Notes under the pieces: generated by a model
What the model saw: only the letters and a program-made list of their open reading frames with translations
Told to the model about the DNA's origin: nothing
The model's database searches: none
Program-made: the position numbers and the translations under genes
Source of the DNA: Octopus bimaculoides
Taxonomy: Eukaryota
Assembly: GCF_001194135.2 (NCBI RefSeq)
Contig: NC_068989.1
Coordinates: 6,983,149 to 7,047,148, forward strand
DNA: 64,000 nt
Reading direction: 5' to 3'
Shown here: positions 24,516 through 36,679 of the stretch, piece after piece
Numbering within the stretch: the stretch's first letter is position 1
How the letters are laid out: each line of letters opens with the position of its first letter

Positions 24516-25009
24516 GGGGTAGACGCTTATAATAAAACGATGATTTATTGCAGTGGAACAAGACCAGAAAACCTGAGGACTGGATATATTTGAAGGAATT
24601 GATTCTGACGTCTGATTGATTTTTATTTCATTATATCTTTTAGTGTTTCTCCAAAAGACTGAATCCACTTTCACAATAAACATTTGATGCTAGAAACATT
24701 ATGCAGATACCAAGAAAGTGTAAAATGTCATTAGAAACGGTCAGAATTTTCCACAATCTCGGCTGCTCGTATTTCTTTAAATTTTGACTTAACTTGTTGA
24801 GCTATTAAATATGTGCTTTTTCTTGTCAGAGTTCATGTTCTCTTTGTATTTTGTAATTTAATTCGTGTTGTCGATGCCAAAATAAAATCATAGAAGGTTT
24901 CTTCTGATTCAAAACCAAAAAAGAAAAAAAATCCAATACAGACCAAACTTCAAATATATTTATTGGATATGCTTTCTCGAACTGCTCACGCAACAAGGAA
25001 AACATATCG

Positions 25010-25435
25010 GTTTCAAATTTTGGCATAAGGCCTGCAAGTTCGTAGGGGGGAGGGCAAGTTTATTGCATCGACCCCCAGTACTCAACTGGTACTTATCTTA
25101 TCGACTCCGAAACGATGAAAAAGCAAGGATGATATATTAAAAGACCCTTTATCTCAAAGTCTTATTAACGGCGTGCTAAAGTTTCTGCCAGCTCGCTGCC
25201 TTAAAGTTCACAATAATTCTTTTCTACTCAAGGCACAAGGCCCGAAATTTTGTGGGGTTGGGGGCCAGTCGATTAGATCGACCCCAGTGCGCAACTAGTA
25301 CTTAATTTATCGACCCCGAAAGAATGAAAGATAAAGTCGACCTCGGCGGGATTTGAACTCAAACCGTAAAGACAGACGAAATACCGCTAAGCGTATCGCC
25401 CGGCCTGCTAACGTTTCTGCCAGCTCGCCGCCTGA
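25010..25435 (-). mobile_element. Tandem SINE A dimer (25010-25202 and 25219-25433)
   Basis: Two same-strand copies; the second is flanked by the imperfect duplication aaagttcacaataatt / aaagttcatagcaatt. Confidence 0.9.
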
Positions 25436-26131
25436 AAGTTCATAGCAATTAAGACATACATAACGACCACCCACAAGGTATTTCTATTCGGGTCTCCAAC
25501 CTCACTGTTTACTACAATTTGTAAAACAAGATCCTAGGCCGCGAGAGGAGGTGTATTCTCTCAACCTTCGTACCATTCTTTTAGTCAAAACATCAACATT
25601 TTACAGATTTCAAAACTTCATTTATTTATTTATTTGATCAACAATGATAATCACTTNNNNNNNNNNNNNNNNNNNNNNNNNNNNNNNNNNNNNNNNNNNN
25701 NNNNNNNNNNNNNNNNNNNNNNNNNNNNNNNNNNNNNNNNNNNNNNNNNNNNNNNNNNNNNNNNNNNNNNNNNNNNNNNNNNNNNNNNNNNNNNNNNNNN
25801 NNNNNNNNNNNNNNNNNNNNNNNNNNNNNNNNNNNNNNNNNNNNNNNNNNNNNNNNNNNNNNNNNNNNNNNNNNNNNNNNNNNNNNNNNNNNNNNNNNNN
25901 NNNNNNNNNNNNNNNNNNNNNNNNNNNNNNNNNNNNNNNNNNNNNNNNNNNNNNNNNNNNNNNNNNNNNNNNNNNNNNNNNNNNNNNNNNNNNNNNNNNN
26001 NNNNNNNNNNNNNNNNNNNNNNNNNNNNNNNNNNNNNNNNNNNNNNNNNNNNNNNNNNNNNNNNNNNNNNNNNNNNNNNNNNNNNNNNNNNNNNNNNNNN
26101 NNNNNNNNNNNNNNNNNNNNNNNNNNNNNNN

Positions 26132-26185
<54 letters not shown>

Positions 26186-26545
26186 GAGAGAGAGAGATTT
26201 TATTTTACAAATATGTGTGTGTGTTTGTGTGTGTATGTACGTGTGTGTTGTTTGCTATGTTTCATTTAATGTACACTGTATTAAAATGAAAGCTACTAAT
26301 AGTTTCTGGCCATTCAGACACATGGTTAGGTAGATTCTTATATCGTGCCTTGTGTCTCCATGCAATCGTCAAGCTCTGATCACATGGTTTGTTCTATCTG
26401 AAAATCAAGACGCTGGCACATGAGAAGTCACGGAAAAAAAAAACGGGAAGGTTGATGCAAAAAATGAAATGAAAAGACAAAGAGTAAATAAACAGGGGAA
26501 AAGAAAGGAAAAGAAAGGAAAGGAAAGAAGGAAAATTAGACTTAC

Positions 26546-26695
26546 GTCGCCTTTGACCGTAGAAATCATAATTAAACTACTTGTTGTAGAATAATTCAAC
26601 GAAGAGGATTCCGAGGTTGCGAGATAACTGCTGAGTCCGGGGAAGTAGATGTCTTTCAATTCGGCAAAAGAAATTTGCCCGTATGCTTGCATTTG
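26546..26695 (-). CDS. Candidate 150-nt phase 0-0 exon (QMQAYGQISFAELKDIYFPGLSSYLATSESSSLNYSTTSSLIMISTVKGD)
   Basis: Acceptor aaattttcag, donor GAC|GTAAGT followed by a pyrimidine-rich intron, fully open frame, non-repeat sequence; no confident homology. Confidence 0.4.
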
Positions 26696-27029
26696 CTGAA
26701 AATTTCTGATCTGGAATTAAGTGTTGTTGTGGAATTATTGACTCTAAAAAGAATGTCCGATCTTTAAGCACAGCATAAGCTGTATTTCTTATATCCATTT
26801 ACATATGGCATACATTTTCCCCCCGATTTTCCACTTGATTGCATTTGGGGTGCAGTTGGCCTTAAGGTTCATATGTGGCTGAAGATTGCTTAGAGACATG
26901 ACTTGCTCCTCAAAAATTTTTCCTGACCACGTGTTTCAATGGCAAGAACGTACTAGCAGCACATTTTTAAATACAGTTTAAATTAAATGACATTTACCTC
27001 TAACTGGATTGAGTACTTTTCTAGTTGAT

Positions 27030-27068
<39 letters not shown>

Positions 27069-27467
27069 NNNNNNNNNNNNNNNNNNNNNNNNNNNNNNNN
27101 NNNNNNNNNNNNNNNNNNNNNNNNNNNNNNNNNNNNNNNNNNNNNNNNNNNNNNNNNNNNNNNNNNNNNNNNNNNNNNNNNNNNNNNNNNNNNNNNNNNN
27201 NNNNNNNNNNNNNNNNNNNNNNNNNNNNNNNNNNNNNNNNNNNNNNNNNNNNNNNNNNNNNNNNNNNNNNNNNTGAAATTTACAGAAAAACAGAAGACGA
27301 AGACAGGTGTATAAACAACAAACAGGTGTAATTAGTTTAACGCTCGGGAAAGTGAGAAAGTCTTTTACGTTTTGAGCCTACACACACATATACACACACA
27401 CGCACATACATACATACATACATACATACATACATACATACATACATACATACATACGTACGTACAT

Positions 27468-27630
27468 AGTGTTTCCAGCTGTTTATCATTTGTAGCGTAT
27501 AGTTTTAGGTCATCCATATATAAAAGATGGCTGATTGTTTTTCCGTAACATTTATATCCGCATTCACTTCTATTTAGCATGTCAGATAAATTTATATCCG
27601 CATTCAGATCTATTTAGCATGTCAGATAAT
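27468..27630 (-). pseudogene. R4/Dong-like RT catalytic fragment
   Basis: Minus strand encodes LSDMLNRSECGYKCYGKTISHLLYMDDLKLYATNDKQLETL (YMDD motif), with a local ~39-bp duplication at its 5' end; YATNDKQLETL matches MYATSNK*LETL at ~1960. Confidence 0.85.
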
Positions 27631-27642
27631 TATTATTATCCC

Positions 27643-27714
27643 CAAGACACACCGGGGACGTTTAACAAAGATACACCGGGAACGTTTAACAAAGATACAC
27701 CGGTAACGTTTAAC
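27643..27714. repeat. 24-bp minisatellite x3 (AAAGATACACCGGGAACGTTTAAC)
   Basis: Three adjacent near-identical units. Confidence 0.9.
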
Positions 27715-29179
27715 ATGTGAGAGCGATAAAACACTGCTCCGAAATTTATCCAAAAACATCGGAAAGACATCGCATGGAGCCAAAAAATAGCTGACAAAAG
27801 GTTGGACTATATCCGAGTAAGTAATACTCATTGAAATTTATTTCTATTTTCCAAATGAAATGCTGTATTTTAACTGGATATCATCTCCACTGCTCGCACA
27901 GTACATGTAAACACACGATCTATCAACACCAGACCAACTTCGGCCCCAAACACCATGTACAAAAAAATTACAAATAAATTAAATAATACCGGTATTATTC
28001 AACCCAAGAATAACAATCGGGAAGTGCGTACTTTAAACTTATTATTATTATTATCATTATTATTATTATTATCATTATTATTATTATTATCATTATTATT
28101 ATGGCAGCTTTCCTACCACCCTCGCTCAACACTTCCCTACACTTTTGTTAATATTACACCTTTTCGCCTCGCAAATTTTGGGTCTTTTTTTTTTTTTGTC
28201 CATCCTGCTACTAATTCGGGAACTATAATCATGGGGTCATAATAGAAAACACTTGCCCAGGGTGTCACGCCGTGGGATTGAATCCAAGACCACAGTTGGG
28301 AAAGAAAGCTAATTAACCCCACACCCACGACAATGATTTTTTCCCCCTTTTCTTTGTTTCTATAATGCATTTTTCTCTTGAAAAATGACGTATTTTAAAA
28401 AACAAACCAACGATATTCCAAGAATGCCATTCTGGAACTGACACTGGTTGTTCTATCAAGTGAGGCTTGAATCTTTATGTAATCTTCCTCCTCGCAATGT
28501 CTTGGACGAAATAGTGAAAAAATAATACAAGCATTTCTGAGGTTGTGTTGACGTATTTGCCTTCTAACGCTTAATTGACAACACACGTTCGACCGCTTTA
28601 CAGGTGTGTTTACATCTACACAATGTCGGCCGACGAAGCCTTGTGAACAGGTAAATATAACCAATTCGCAAATGTAGCAATTGCCGTGAAATATACTGGT
28701 AAACACAGATGGTTTAGCTTATTTAAGAGTCTATTGTATAATGCAGTTTGTATCACATTATTTATCGTATATTAATTGCTTCGCTTCTTTAATAACGAAC
28801 CTGAGAAATCCATAAACTGATATTTGTCCCTATTGAAAATCAAAACGCATTATAACATAGGAGCTATTCATCATTTCCTTACTCTATCATTCAATATACA
28901 AGATAATCCCTATACACACATGCATAATATGATATCTATACATATTTATAAAATGATATTTACAATGTTCGTTTGTGTGTGCGCGTGTCTTAAAGATTAT
29001 CTCTCCCCAGCTACTTTTCATTTTGCTATTTCGATCAAATATAAACACAATTCATATGGGGGAAGATACTGTTTGAGATACAGGTTTTCTGTTTCTCCAA
29101 TAAGTTTACTAAACCAGAAAATAATCACTATATGAGGAGGTTATGCTTAAAAGATTTTATATATATATATATATATATA

Positions 29180-29552
29180 TTATTCTGTCGGTTACGACAA
29201 CGAGGGTTCCAGTTGATCCGATCAACGGAACAGCCTGCTCGTGAAATTAACGTGCAAGTGACTGAGCACTCCACAGACTCGTGTACCCTTAACGTAGTTC
29301 TCGGGGAGATTCAGCGTGACACAGAGTGTGACAAGGCTGGCCCTTTGAATTACAGGCACAACAGAAACAGGAAGTAAGAGTGAGAGAAAGTTATGGTGAA
29401 AGAGTACAGCAGGGTTCGCCACCATCCCCTGCCAAAGCTTCGTGGAGCTTTAGGTGTTTTTGCTCAATAAACACTCACAACGCCCGGTCTGGGAATCGAA
29501 ACCACGATCCTATGACCGCGAGTCCGCCGCCCTAACTACTGGGCCATTGTGC
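29180..29552 (-). mobile_element. SINE family C, non-CORE central variant, full length
   Basis: Minus strand: ggaggcacaatggcccagtagttagggcgg..gtttcgattcccagaccgggcgttgtgagtgtttattgagc..ggtggcgaaccctgctg..tail ccctcgttgtcgtaaccgacag. Confidence 0.9.
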
Positions 29553-29699
29553 CTCCACATCTGTGTATATACATATAAGTAGATTTCTTTAATTACATGT
29601 ATACATGATGCAGGCGTGGATGTGTGGTAAAAAACCTTGCTTTCCAACCACATTGTTTCAAGTTCAGTTCTACTGCTTGGCAGCTTGGACAAGCATTTT

Positions 29700-30420
29700 C
29701 TGCTCAGGATGAAAGGCAAAGTCGACCTCGGCGGAATTTGAACTCAGAACGTAAAGACAGACGAAATACCGCTAAGCATTTCGCCCGGTGTGCTAACGTT
29801 TCTGCCAGCTCGCCGCCTTGAAACACGTGTTTTTGGCCTGTAAAGTTTTGTGCAACCACAACCTGCTAGCAGGGTGAAGCTCTACTGCTATGGTTTTGTT
29901 GTCATCCACTCATTGCTAATAGACGATAGATGGATGAACGTTTAACATTCCTATTATATTTCCATGGAAATTCTCCTTGGAGTAATGGGGAAAAAGGTTT
30001 CTTAAATGTAATGCAGTTATTAAATAAAGTATCAGGTGTGGAATATGTATGAGAAAAGATAATGAGCCGATGTAACCACTCCATCCAATTGTACTGCCAT
30101 TTTACTTAAGTTGGTGCTGAGATATTGCAATATATAGCAGTTCAATGACAGAATTGTCTGATTGTTGGACAAAAGTAAAAAACTGGGATATTTAATTCCA
30201 TCTATTTACGATGGCGAGCTGGCAGAATCGTTAGCACGCCGGACAAAACGCTTAGCAGCGTATCGCCCGTCTTTACTTTCTGAGTTCGAATTCCATCATG
30301 GCTGACTTTGCCTTTCATCCTTTCAGGGGTCGATAAAATAAGCACCAGATGAACACTGGGGTCAATGTAATCGACCCTCCCCCAATGGCGCTGCCCTGGT
30401 GACAAAATTTGAAATCAATT
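29700..30420. mobile_element. Divergent SINE A pair: - 29700-29820 and + 30208-30420
   Basis: Near-consensus sequences on opposite strands. Confidence 0.85.
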
Positions 30421-30444
30421 TTTTTAGCTTGTTTTCAATATTTC

Positions 30445-30630
30445 ATTATGTGGCTGTGCGGTAAGTAGCTTGCTTACCAAGCAACATGGTTCCGGGTTCA
30501 GTCCCACTGCGTGGCACCTTGGGCAAGTGTCTTCTACTATAGCCTCTGGCCGACCAAGGCCTTGTGAGTGGATTTGGTAGACGGAAACTGAAAGAAGCTC
30601 GTCATATATATGTATATATGTATGTGTGTT
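30445..30630 (+). mobile_element. SINE family B, 5' half, near consensus
   Basis: tggctgtgcggtaagtagcttgcttacc..ccgggttcagtcccactgcgtggcaccttgggcaagtgtcttctactatagcc. Confidence 0.9.
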
Positions 30631-31637
30631 TCCACGGTGATTTCTGCTTTTGTAAACATTCTAGCCGTATATTTACCCCGACCATAAACGTGGTTTCTGT
30701 CGTAATTTCTTTCTATTCAGAGTAACAACTTTGTGTCTCACCATCATCCTGCACAGTATACGATCGTAATTTGCCTTATTCACCAGAGCAGAATCATTCC
30801 AGATCTTTCCGGGCTCGAAATGCTTCATGCCTACAGTAGTTATCTCCCATTAATTCCCCGACTACCCTTACATCAGCAAAACATTCTGTATAAAGAATTC
30901 CTAGGAATGTTAAAGGTACATCTCTTCTCAGAATAACAAAATCAAATCATGGATGCAAAAGACAGGGGCCTACTTCGTTTTAGGACTTCCTTTGTACAAT
31001 TTTCCCGTATATATTTTTGCTTATTTCTTTGTTTTGTCTTATTCAAATCCGACTTCAACCGTTATCAACATCAAATAAAAGCCTAATCAGAAATTCTAGT
31101 CATCCATACTTTCTACAATGCTCCGAATGGAAATTCACATGTCACATGCTGCATCTGTAAAACACAGGGATGCTTTTATCTAATAACAGAATTAACTGAC
31201 AAAAGGACACAGAAAATTTTGATATCAGGATCTCAAAACTTTTTCTCTTTCTTCATTATTTCTCACACACGAACACTTTCTCGTTCTCTCATTACGTTTC
31301 TAATTTCTTCCTTTCCAATTCCCAATCCAACTTTACCATCCCTCCCTGCCCCACTCCCTCTCTCTATATATATATATCCCCTTTTCTCTCCCCTTCTCTC
31401 CCTCCCNNNNNNNNNNNNNNNNNNNNNNNNNNNNNNNNNNNNNNNNNNNNNNNNNNNNNNNNNNNNNNNNNNNNNNNNNNNNNNNNNNNNNNNNNNNNNN
31501 NNNNNNNNNNNNNNNNNNNNNNNNNNNNNNNNNNNNNNNNNNNNNNNNNNNNNNNNNNNNNNNNNNNNNNNNNNNNNNNNNNNNNNNNNNNNNNNNNNNN
31601 NNNNNNNNNNNNNNNNNNNNNNNNNNNNNNNNNNNNN

Positions 31638-31687
<50 letters not shown>

Positions 31688-32084
31688 GTGTGTACAGTTA
31701 AATGTACGACTACTGCTGAATGCGTTGAAGCTCCACGTGCATTCTATTCATTACAATAATTTATCATTGTCCAATCAGGTTCCAGTCCAGCGGTTAATCT
31801 ACCGCTCTACTTAGTAGTGTTTCTAGTTATGATATACAGAACAAATACAGGGAGAAAATGAAGATAAACTCCAAAACATCCTAACTGCAATGGATTATCG
31901 AGGAAACACTTTATCGATTGCATTCCGTTCCAGAGATCTAATATTAGATCCCTGTAACAGAATGCAACAATGTGTTCCGCTGATAATCCATTGTGGCCAG
32001 GCATCCAAATGTATTTGGAACATCCAATACTGTGTTTCCAGGCAGACTGTTTAGTCTAATTTGCATAACAGTACATATACTCTT

Positions 32085-32700
32085 TTATACTCTCGGCACA
32101 AGACGCGAAATTTTGGTGGTGGGCGGGTGTCAGTTGATTAGATCGACCCCAGTACGCAACTGGTATTTAATTTATCGACCCCTAAAGGATGAAAGGTAAA
32201 GTCGACCTCGGCGGAATTTGAACTGAGAACGTAAAGACAGACGAAATACCGCTGGTCGGCCTGAGGCTATAGTAGAAGACACTTGCCCAAGATGCCACGC
32301 AGTGGGACTGAACTCGGAACCATGTGGTTGGTAAGCACGCTACTTACCACACAGCCACCCCTGCGCCTATATGTATATGTATTTGCTTGCTTTATATATA
32401 TGATTATGCATACATATAAGATAGTGCTTGTGGCTGTGTTTATATCTGCAAGCAAATGTATGTGTGTTATTTCTTTACTACCCACAAGGGGCTACACACA
32501 GAGGGGACAAACAAGGACAGACAAACACGGATTAAGTCGATTATATCGACCCCAGTGCGTAACTGGTTCTTATTTAATCGATCCCGAAAGGATGAAAGGC
32601 AAAGTCGACCTCGGCGGAATTTGAACTCAGAACGTAGCGGCAGACGAAATACGGCTAAGCATTTCGCCCGGTGTGCTAACGTTTCTGCCAGCTCGTTTCT
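32085..32700 (-). mobile_element. SINE cluster: A (32085-32253) fused to a B head (32254-32380), then A with tail type 2 (32467-32695)
   Basis: Junction ..gaaataccgct|ggtcggcctgaggctatagtagaagac; all three are on the minus strand. Confidence 0.85.
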
Positions 32701-33026
32701 GCCAAATGTATGTGTGTGTGTGTGAGAGAGTTTGTGTGAATGTCTGTGCTTGTGGAGAAATAGAGAGAGGGAGAAAGAGAGAGAGAAAAGAGAAGGGGAG
32801 AGCGAATATTAAATATATGCATTTCTAACATAAGTCATGCAGGTTTATTATAACGAATACACCAGTGACGAACCTTCCTGGACAAATCCCCACCTCTGAC
32901 CGACCGCGCAGTGCTAAAGACGTCTTTCCTACTTCTGATGTGACATAAATCTCGAGATAAAGTTGGTTGGAAGTGTGGCAGGGGAGAAAGGGACATTTTT
33001 GAAAGTCTTCAGTTCTCGATCAATAC

Positions 33027-33126
33027 CTTGATATAGTGTTGCCCTCTGGGAACTGTTCCACAATACGACCAGTAATAGAGTAATCATTTAAGCGCCTATT
33101 GATGTATGTTGATTCAATGACCTCGT
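33027..33126 (-). CDS. Candidate 100-nt exon ((D)EVIESTYINRRLNDYSITGRIVEQFPEGNTIS(R))
   Basis: Acceptor ctaccaccttacag, donor CAAG|GTATTG, open frame with phases 1 to 2, non-repeat sequence. Confidence 0.35.
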
Positions 33127-33137
33127 CTGTAAGGTGG

Positions 33138-33180
<43 letters not shown>

Positions 33181-33462
33181 GTAGGTAGGTAGGTATACAA
33201 GTAGATAGGTAGGTAGGTATACAAGTAGATAGATAGGTAGGTAGGTATACAAGTATATAGATAGGTAGGTAGGTATACAAGTAGATAGGTAGGTAGGTAG
33301 GTAGGTATACAAGTAGATAGGTAGGTAGGTAGGTAGGTAGGTAGGTAGGTAGGTAGACAAGTAGATAGGTAGATAGATAGGTAGGTAGGTAGGTAGATAG
33401 GTAGGTAGGTAGGTAGGTAGATAGGTAGATAGACAGACAAGTAAATAGATAGATAGATAGGA
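33138..33462. repeat. (AGAT)n/(AGGT)n tetranucleotide with a recurring ATACAAGT interruption
   Basis: A higher-order unit of about 24-28 bp repeats roughly six times. Confidence 0.9.
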
Positions 33463-34279
33463 TAATAAGCGGGTGTTCAGACATGAAGTTAGACTTAAAC
33501 GCAACACGGACACACAAAGAAAAATAGATAGGTTAGATTGATAGGCAGACAGATAGATAATTTATCTCTCGACATCAGTCAATTTATCTCTCTCCTAATC
33601 TATTTTCATATCTCTTTATATATTTCTCCACTGTCTCGCAAGCTCTCTCATCCACTCCTTAATTTTCTCTCTCTCTCTCTCACTCCCCAATCTTTCATAT
33701 ATATATATATACGTATGTATATATGTATTTATGTCGACGGTAATCAATATATACAAAAGCGTCAGAATTTACAGGTCGTGTCAAGGCAGTCAAAATCGAA
33801 ATTGACTGTCTATGTTTTTTTAAAGGCAAAAAAAAAAACTATAAAGTATGTATTTATGTTGTTAACATCTTTTACCAAACATCTTCTGCAAACTTAGATG
33901 TTCGTTATTCATAGAACACTTGAATATTATCTACCTTAAAGCATTTCAGAAACTATGTTTATTCCCAGCCACGCACACGCACACACGTACCCACATCCAC
34001 ATATGCATATTCATAAATGCATACGTACAAATAGACACACACGGGTTTATATGCAGCAAGGAAGGGTGTAGGGGAAAATTCAATGCCCATAAAACTGAGT
34101 TAAATATATGGTTAAATAGTTCTGCTTCAAGTATATAATGTCCACTGCCTGACCGCGAAGAAGGCGGGATCGATTTTATTGCACTGCAGATTGCGTGCTT
34201 TCAACAACTGTAGATTTGGGGTGAACAATTTGGTGAGAACACACATACACACACACACACAAACAAACAAACACACACG

Positions 34280-34505
34280 TGAGCTGGCAGAAACGTTAGC
34301 ACGCCGGGTGGAATGCTTAGCGGTATTTCGTCTGCCGTTACGTTCTGAGTTCAAATTCCGTCGAGGTCGACTTTGCCTTTCATCCTTTCGGGGTCGATTA
34401 AATAAGTACCAGTTACGCACTGGGGTCGATATAATCGACTTAATCCGTTTGTCTGTCCTTGTTTGTCCCCTCTGTGTGTAGCCCCTTGTGGGTAGTAAAG
34501 AAATA
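34280..34505 (+). mobile_element. SINE family A with tail type 2, near consensus
   Basis: gagctggcagaaacgttagcac..gagttcaaattcc..gactttgcctttcatcctttcggggtcg..gtttgtcccctctgtgtgtagccccttgtgggtagtaaagaaata. Confidence 0.92.
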
Positions 34506-34574
34506 ACACGCACACACACACACATACATACGCAGATATATATTGAAAAAATAAACGAGAAAAAGTTGAAAATG

Positions 34575-34915
34575 CGTCAAACTGAAAGAAGCCCGTCGTA
34601 TATATGTATATATATATATAAAAACAAATAATAAATGAGTATATGCATATATACGTACAGGTATGTGCATACCTACGTTTACTTGTATATATAGGTGCAT
34701 ATCTGTGTGTGTGTGTGTGTGTTTGTCCCCCTAGCCTTGCTTAATAACCGATGCTGGTGTGTTTATGTACTCGTCACCTAGCGGTTCGGCAAAAGAGACC
34801 GATAGAATAAGTACTAGGCTTACAAAGAATAAGTCCTGGGGTCGATTTGCTTGACTAAAGGTGGTGCTCCAGCATGGCCGCAGTCAAATGACTGAAACAA
34901 GTAAAAGAGTAAACA
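34575..34915 (+). mobile_element. SINE family B, 5'-truncated, with an internal microsatellite
   Basis: aactgaaagaagcccgtcgtatatatg..(TG)n..tail to gaaacaagtaaaagagtaaa. Confidence 0.88.
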
Positions 34916-34929
34916 TGCAAATAGATTTT

Positions 34930-35650
34930 CCGTTTTCTGGCCTCTGAAACAGAATTAAGAATCATTTTGATCGATGTGATTCAAAAGGTGGCATCGAATC
35001 AAATAGAAAACGAACTTAAATGGGCTGAATCCGTTGCTCTTCTTGTAGTTGAAACGTTCGATGTATCGAACTATTCACAACTGTCAACTGTTTTGCATTA
35101 TAGTTCAAAACACGGTGTTGCTAAGGAAGTAACTTTAGTGCAGATCGTTCGGTAAAATTCTTTATCTGAAACGTGTTTTTTAAAAGCATCGAAACGTGGA
35201 GGTGTGAAAATAAATTAATTGCACAAACCTGTGAAGGTGCCGCTACAATAGAAAGACAATTAAATGAGTTGCAGTCAAAGGTAAGGGAGAAACGAATCAG
35301 CGATCTTTATTCATTGTTGTGTCCATATGCTAAATTTAGTTTTTTCACGAGCATGTTCTGCTACAAAAGAATACCAAAGATATTTTTTCCGACAACAAAT
35401 GAACTGGGTACCTTTTTTTTTTTTCCACGAAATCACACAAAAGAGCCAATGCATGGAATTATATTGTTAAAAAGATTTCCCAAAGCAACAGTAGCTAGAT
35501 GGAATTATTCGTTGCATCTAATTAATACCACAAAAGAAAATTGCGATTTCTTAATTAGTTTTTTTTTTTTTTTTAATCACTGGGTATCCTAATGCACAGA
35601 ATGAGTCTACTTTAATTTCTGCAACTGGATTCTGTCACAATTTATAAATC
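34930..35650 (+). pseudogene. hAT-superfamily transposase remnant (DUF4371/ZMYM1-like)
   Basis: FSGL*NRI..LIDVIQKVASNQIENELKWAESVALLVVETFDVSNYSQLSTVLHY, KLIAQTCEGAATIERQLNELQSKVREK, AIFIHCCVHMLNLV, PKATVARWNYS: degenerate DETTD, QxYDGA, HCxAHxLNL and TRW motifs in order, with frameshifts. Confidence 0.88.
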
Positions 35651-35667
35651 CCGTTTTCCTGGTGTTA

Positions 35668-35704
<37 letters not shown>

Positions 35705-35925
35705 GGGCGGCGAGTTGGCAGAATCATGAGCACACCGGGCCAAATGTTTAGCGGCATTTTGTCCGTCTTCACATTCTGAGTTCAAACTCCGACGAGGTCG
35801 ACTCTGCTTTTCATCCTTTCAGGGTTGATTAAATTAAATAAGTACCTGTTACATACTAGGGTCGATGTAATCGATTTAATCCCTTCCCCCAAATTTGAGG
35901 CCTTGTGCCTCCAGTAGAAAGGATT
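35705..35925 (+). mobile_element. SINE family A, tail type 1, inserted between (ATT)n tracts
   Basis: (att)n-agggcggcgagttggcag..gccttgtgcctccagtagaaagg-attcttctt(att)n. Confidence 0.9.
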
Positions 35926-35963
35926 CTTCTTCTTCTTCTTCTTCTTATTATTATTATTATTAT

Positions 35964-36679
35964 TAGCTGAATTACCCGGTGTTTCCCGGGTTAGTGCTGT
36001 TCTCATTTAGATTAGTAAATAATGAATATGAAGATATTTTTTGCTTATAATTATTTCAAAACATGTATATTTTTATCTAAAAATACCCATATTGTAGTGA
36101 TAATAGAATTATGAAATGAAAATCCGTCAGTCTTGAAGCACATCAGAGTAAATAATATTCATTGTGTGATTTTTTGTTGGTGTCCAACTGAATAAATTAT
36201 TCCTGCTTCTAACTCGTAAGCAACCAAACATAGAGTTGACCGTTCGAGAAGCACGTAGTAGAGAGATGAAGTCCAACTGCCTTGAGGGTCTGACTCTGAG
36301 ATTTGTTAATTAAAATACCAAAACTTAGTTTGACTGCAAACTGAAGCCTCTTAAATTCAATATAATACGTGGTATAAAATGTCCTTTACGTAACGAACGC
36401 GAAATCACACACACGCTACACACACTGACAGACACATACACAATCATATACAAAATGTGTCGTCGTCATCATGATATAAAATGTCCTGTACTATAGTTGA
36501 CTATAGAAAGATTATTTTCGAGAAAATGTTATATTGTTGTAATCCAAATGAAAATTAAAATTACATGTTGACACTCGTGGGGTCTAATACTATTACCTTG
36601 TAAAATTTGATTTGATTTGGTGAAGCCATTTGAGAATACATAGGCAATACACACACAGACAAAGAATTTTATATAGAGA
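35964..36679 (-). mobile_element. Non-autonomous Helitron, ~715 bp
   Basis: Minus strand starts TCTCTATATAAA and ends with the hairpin CCCGG-gaaaca-CCGGG then taattcagCTAA|T (CTRR end before T); contains a helicase remnant. Confidence 0.85.
36127..36365 (-). pseudogene. C-terminus of the Helitron PIF1-type helicase
   Basis: IEFKRLQFAVKLSFGILINKSQSQTLKAVGLHLSTTCFSNGQLYV, frameshift, GCLRVRSRNNLF..TMNIIYSDVLQD*; matches the conserved RLQFPVRLAFAMTINKSQGQT..FSHGQLYVACSRV motif. Confidence 0.9.

Noticed and set aside
27643-27714. CRISPR-like or coding interpretation of the short direct-repeat arrays (also 13791-13873, 39485-39585)
   Set aside because: The units are contiguous with no spacers, the context is eukaryotic and there are no cas genes; they are ordinary minisatellites.
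28560-28680. EGF-like string TCSQGFVGRHC in ORF 28395-28706
   Set aside because: Only two of the six EGF cysteines are correctly spaced, there is no convincing donor, and equally good splice sites exist on the opposite strand.
30715-31200. Possible Penelope 5' region (MDAKDRGLLRF..)
   Set aside because: No diagnostic motif is visible and the frame is broken, so it cannot be supported without a search.
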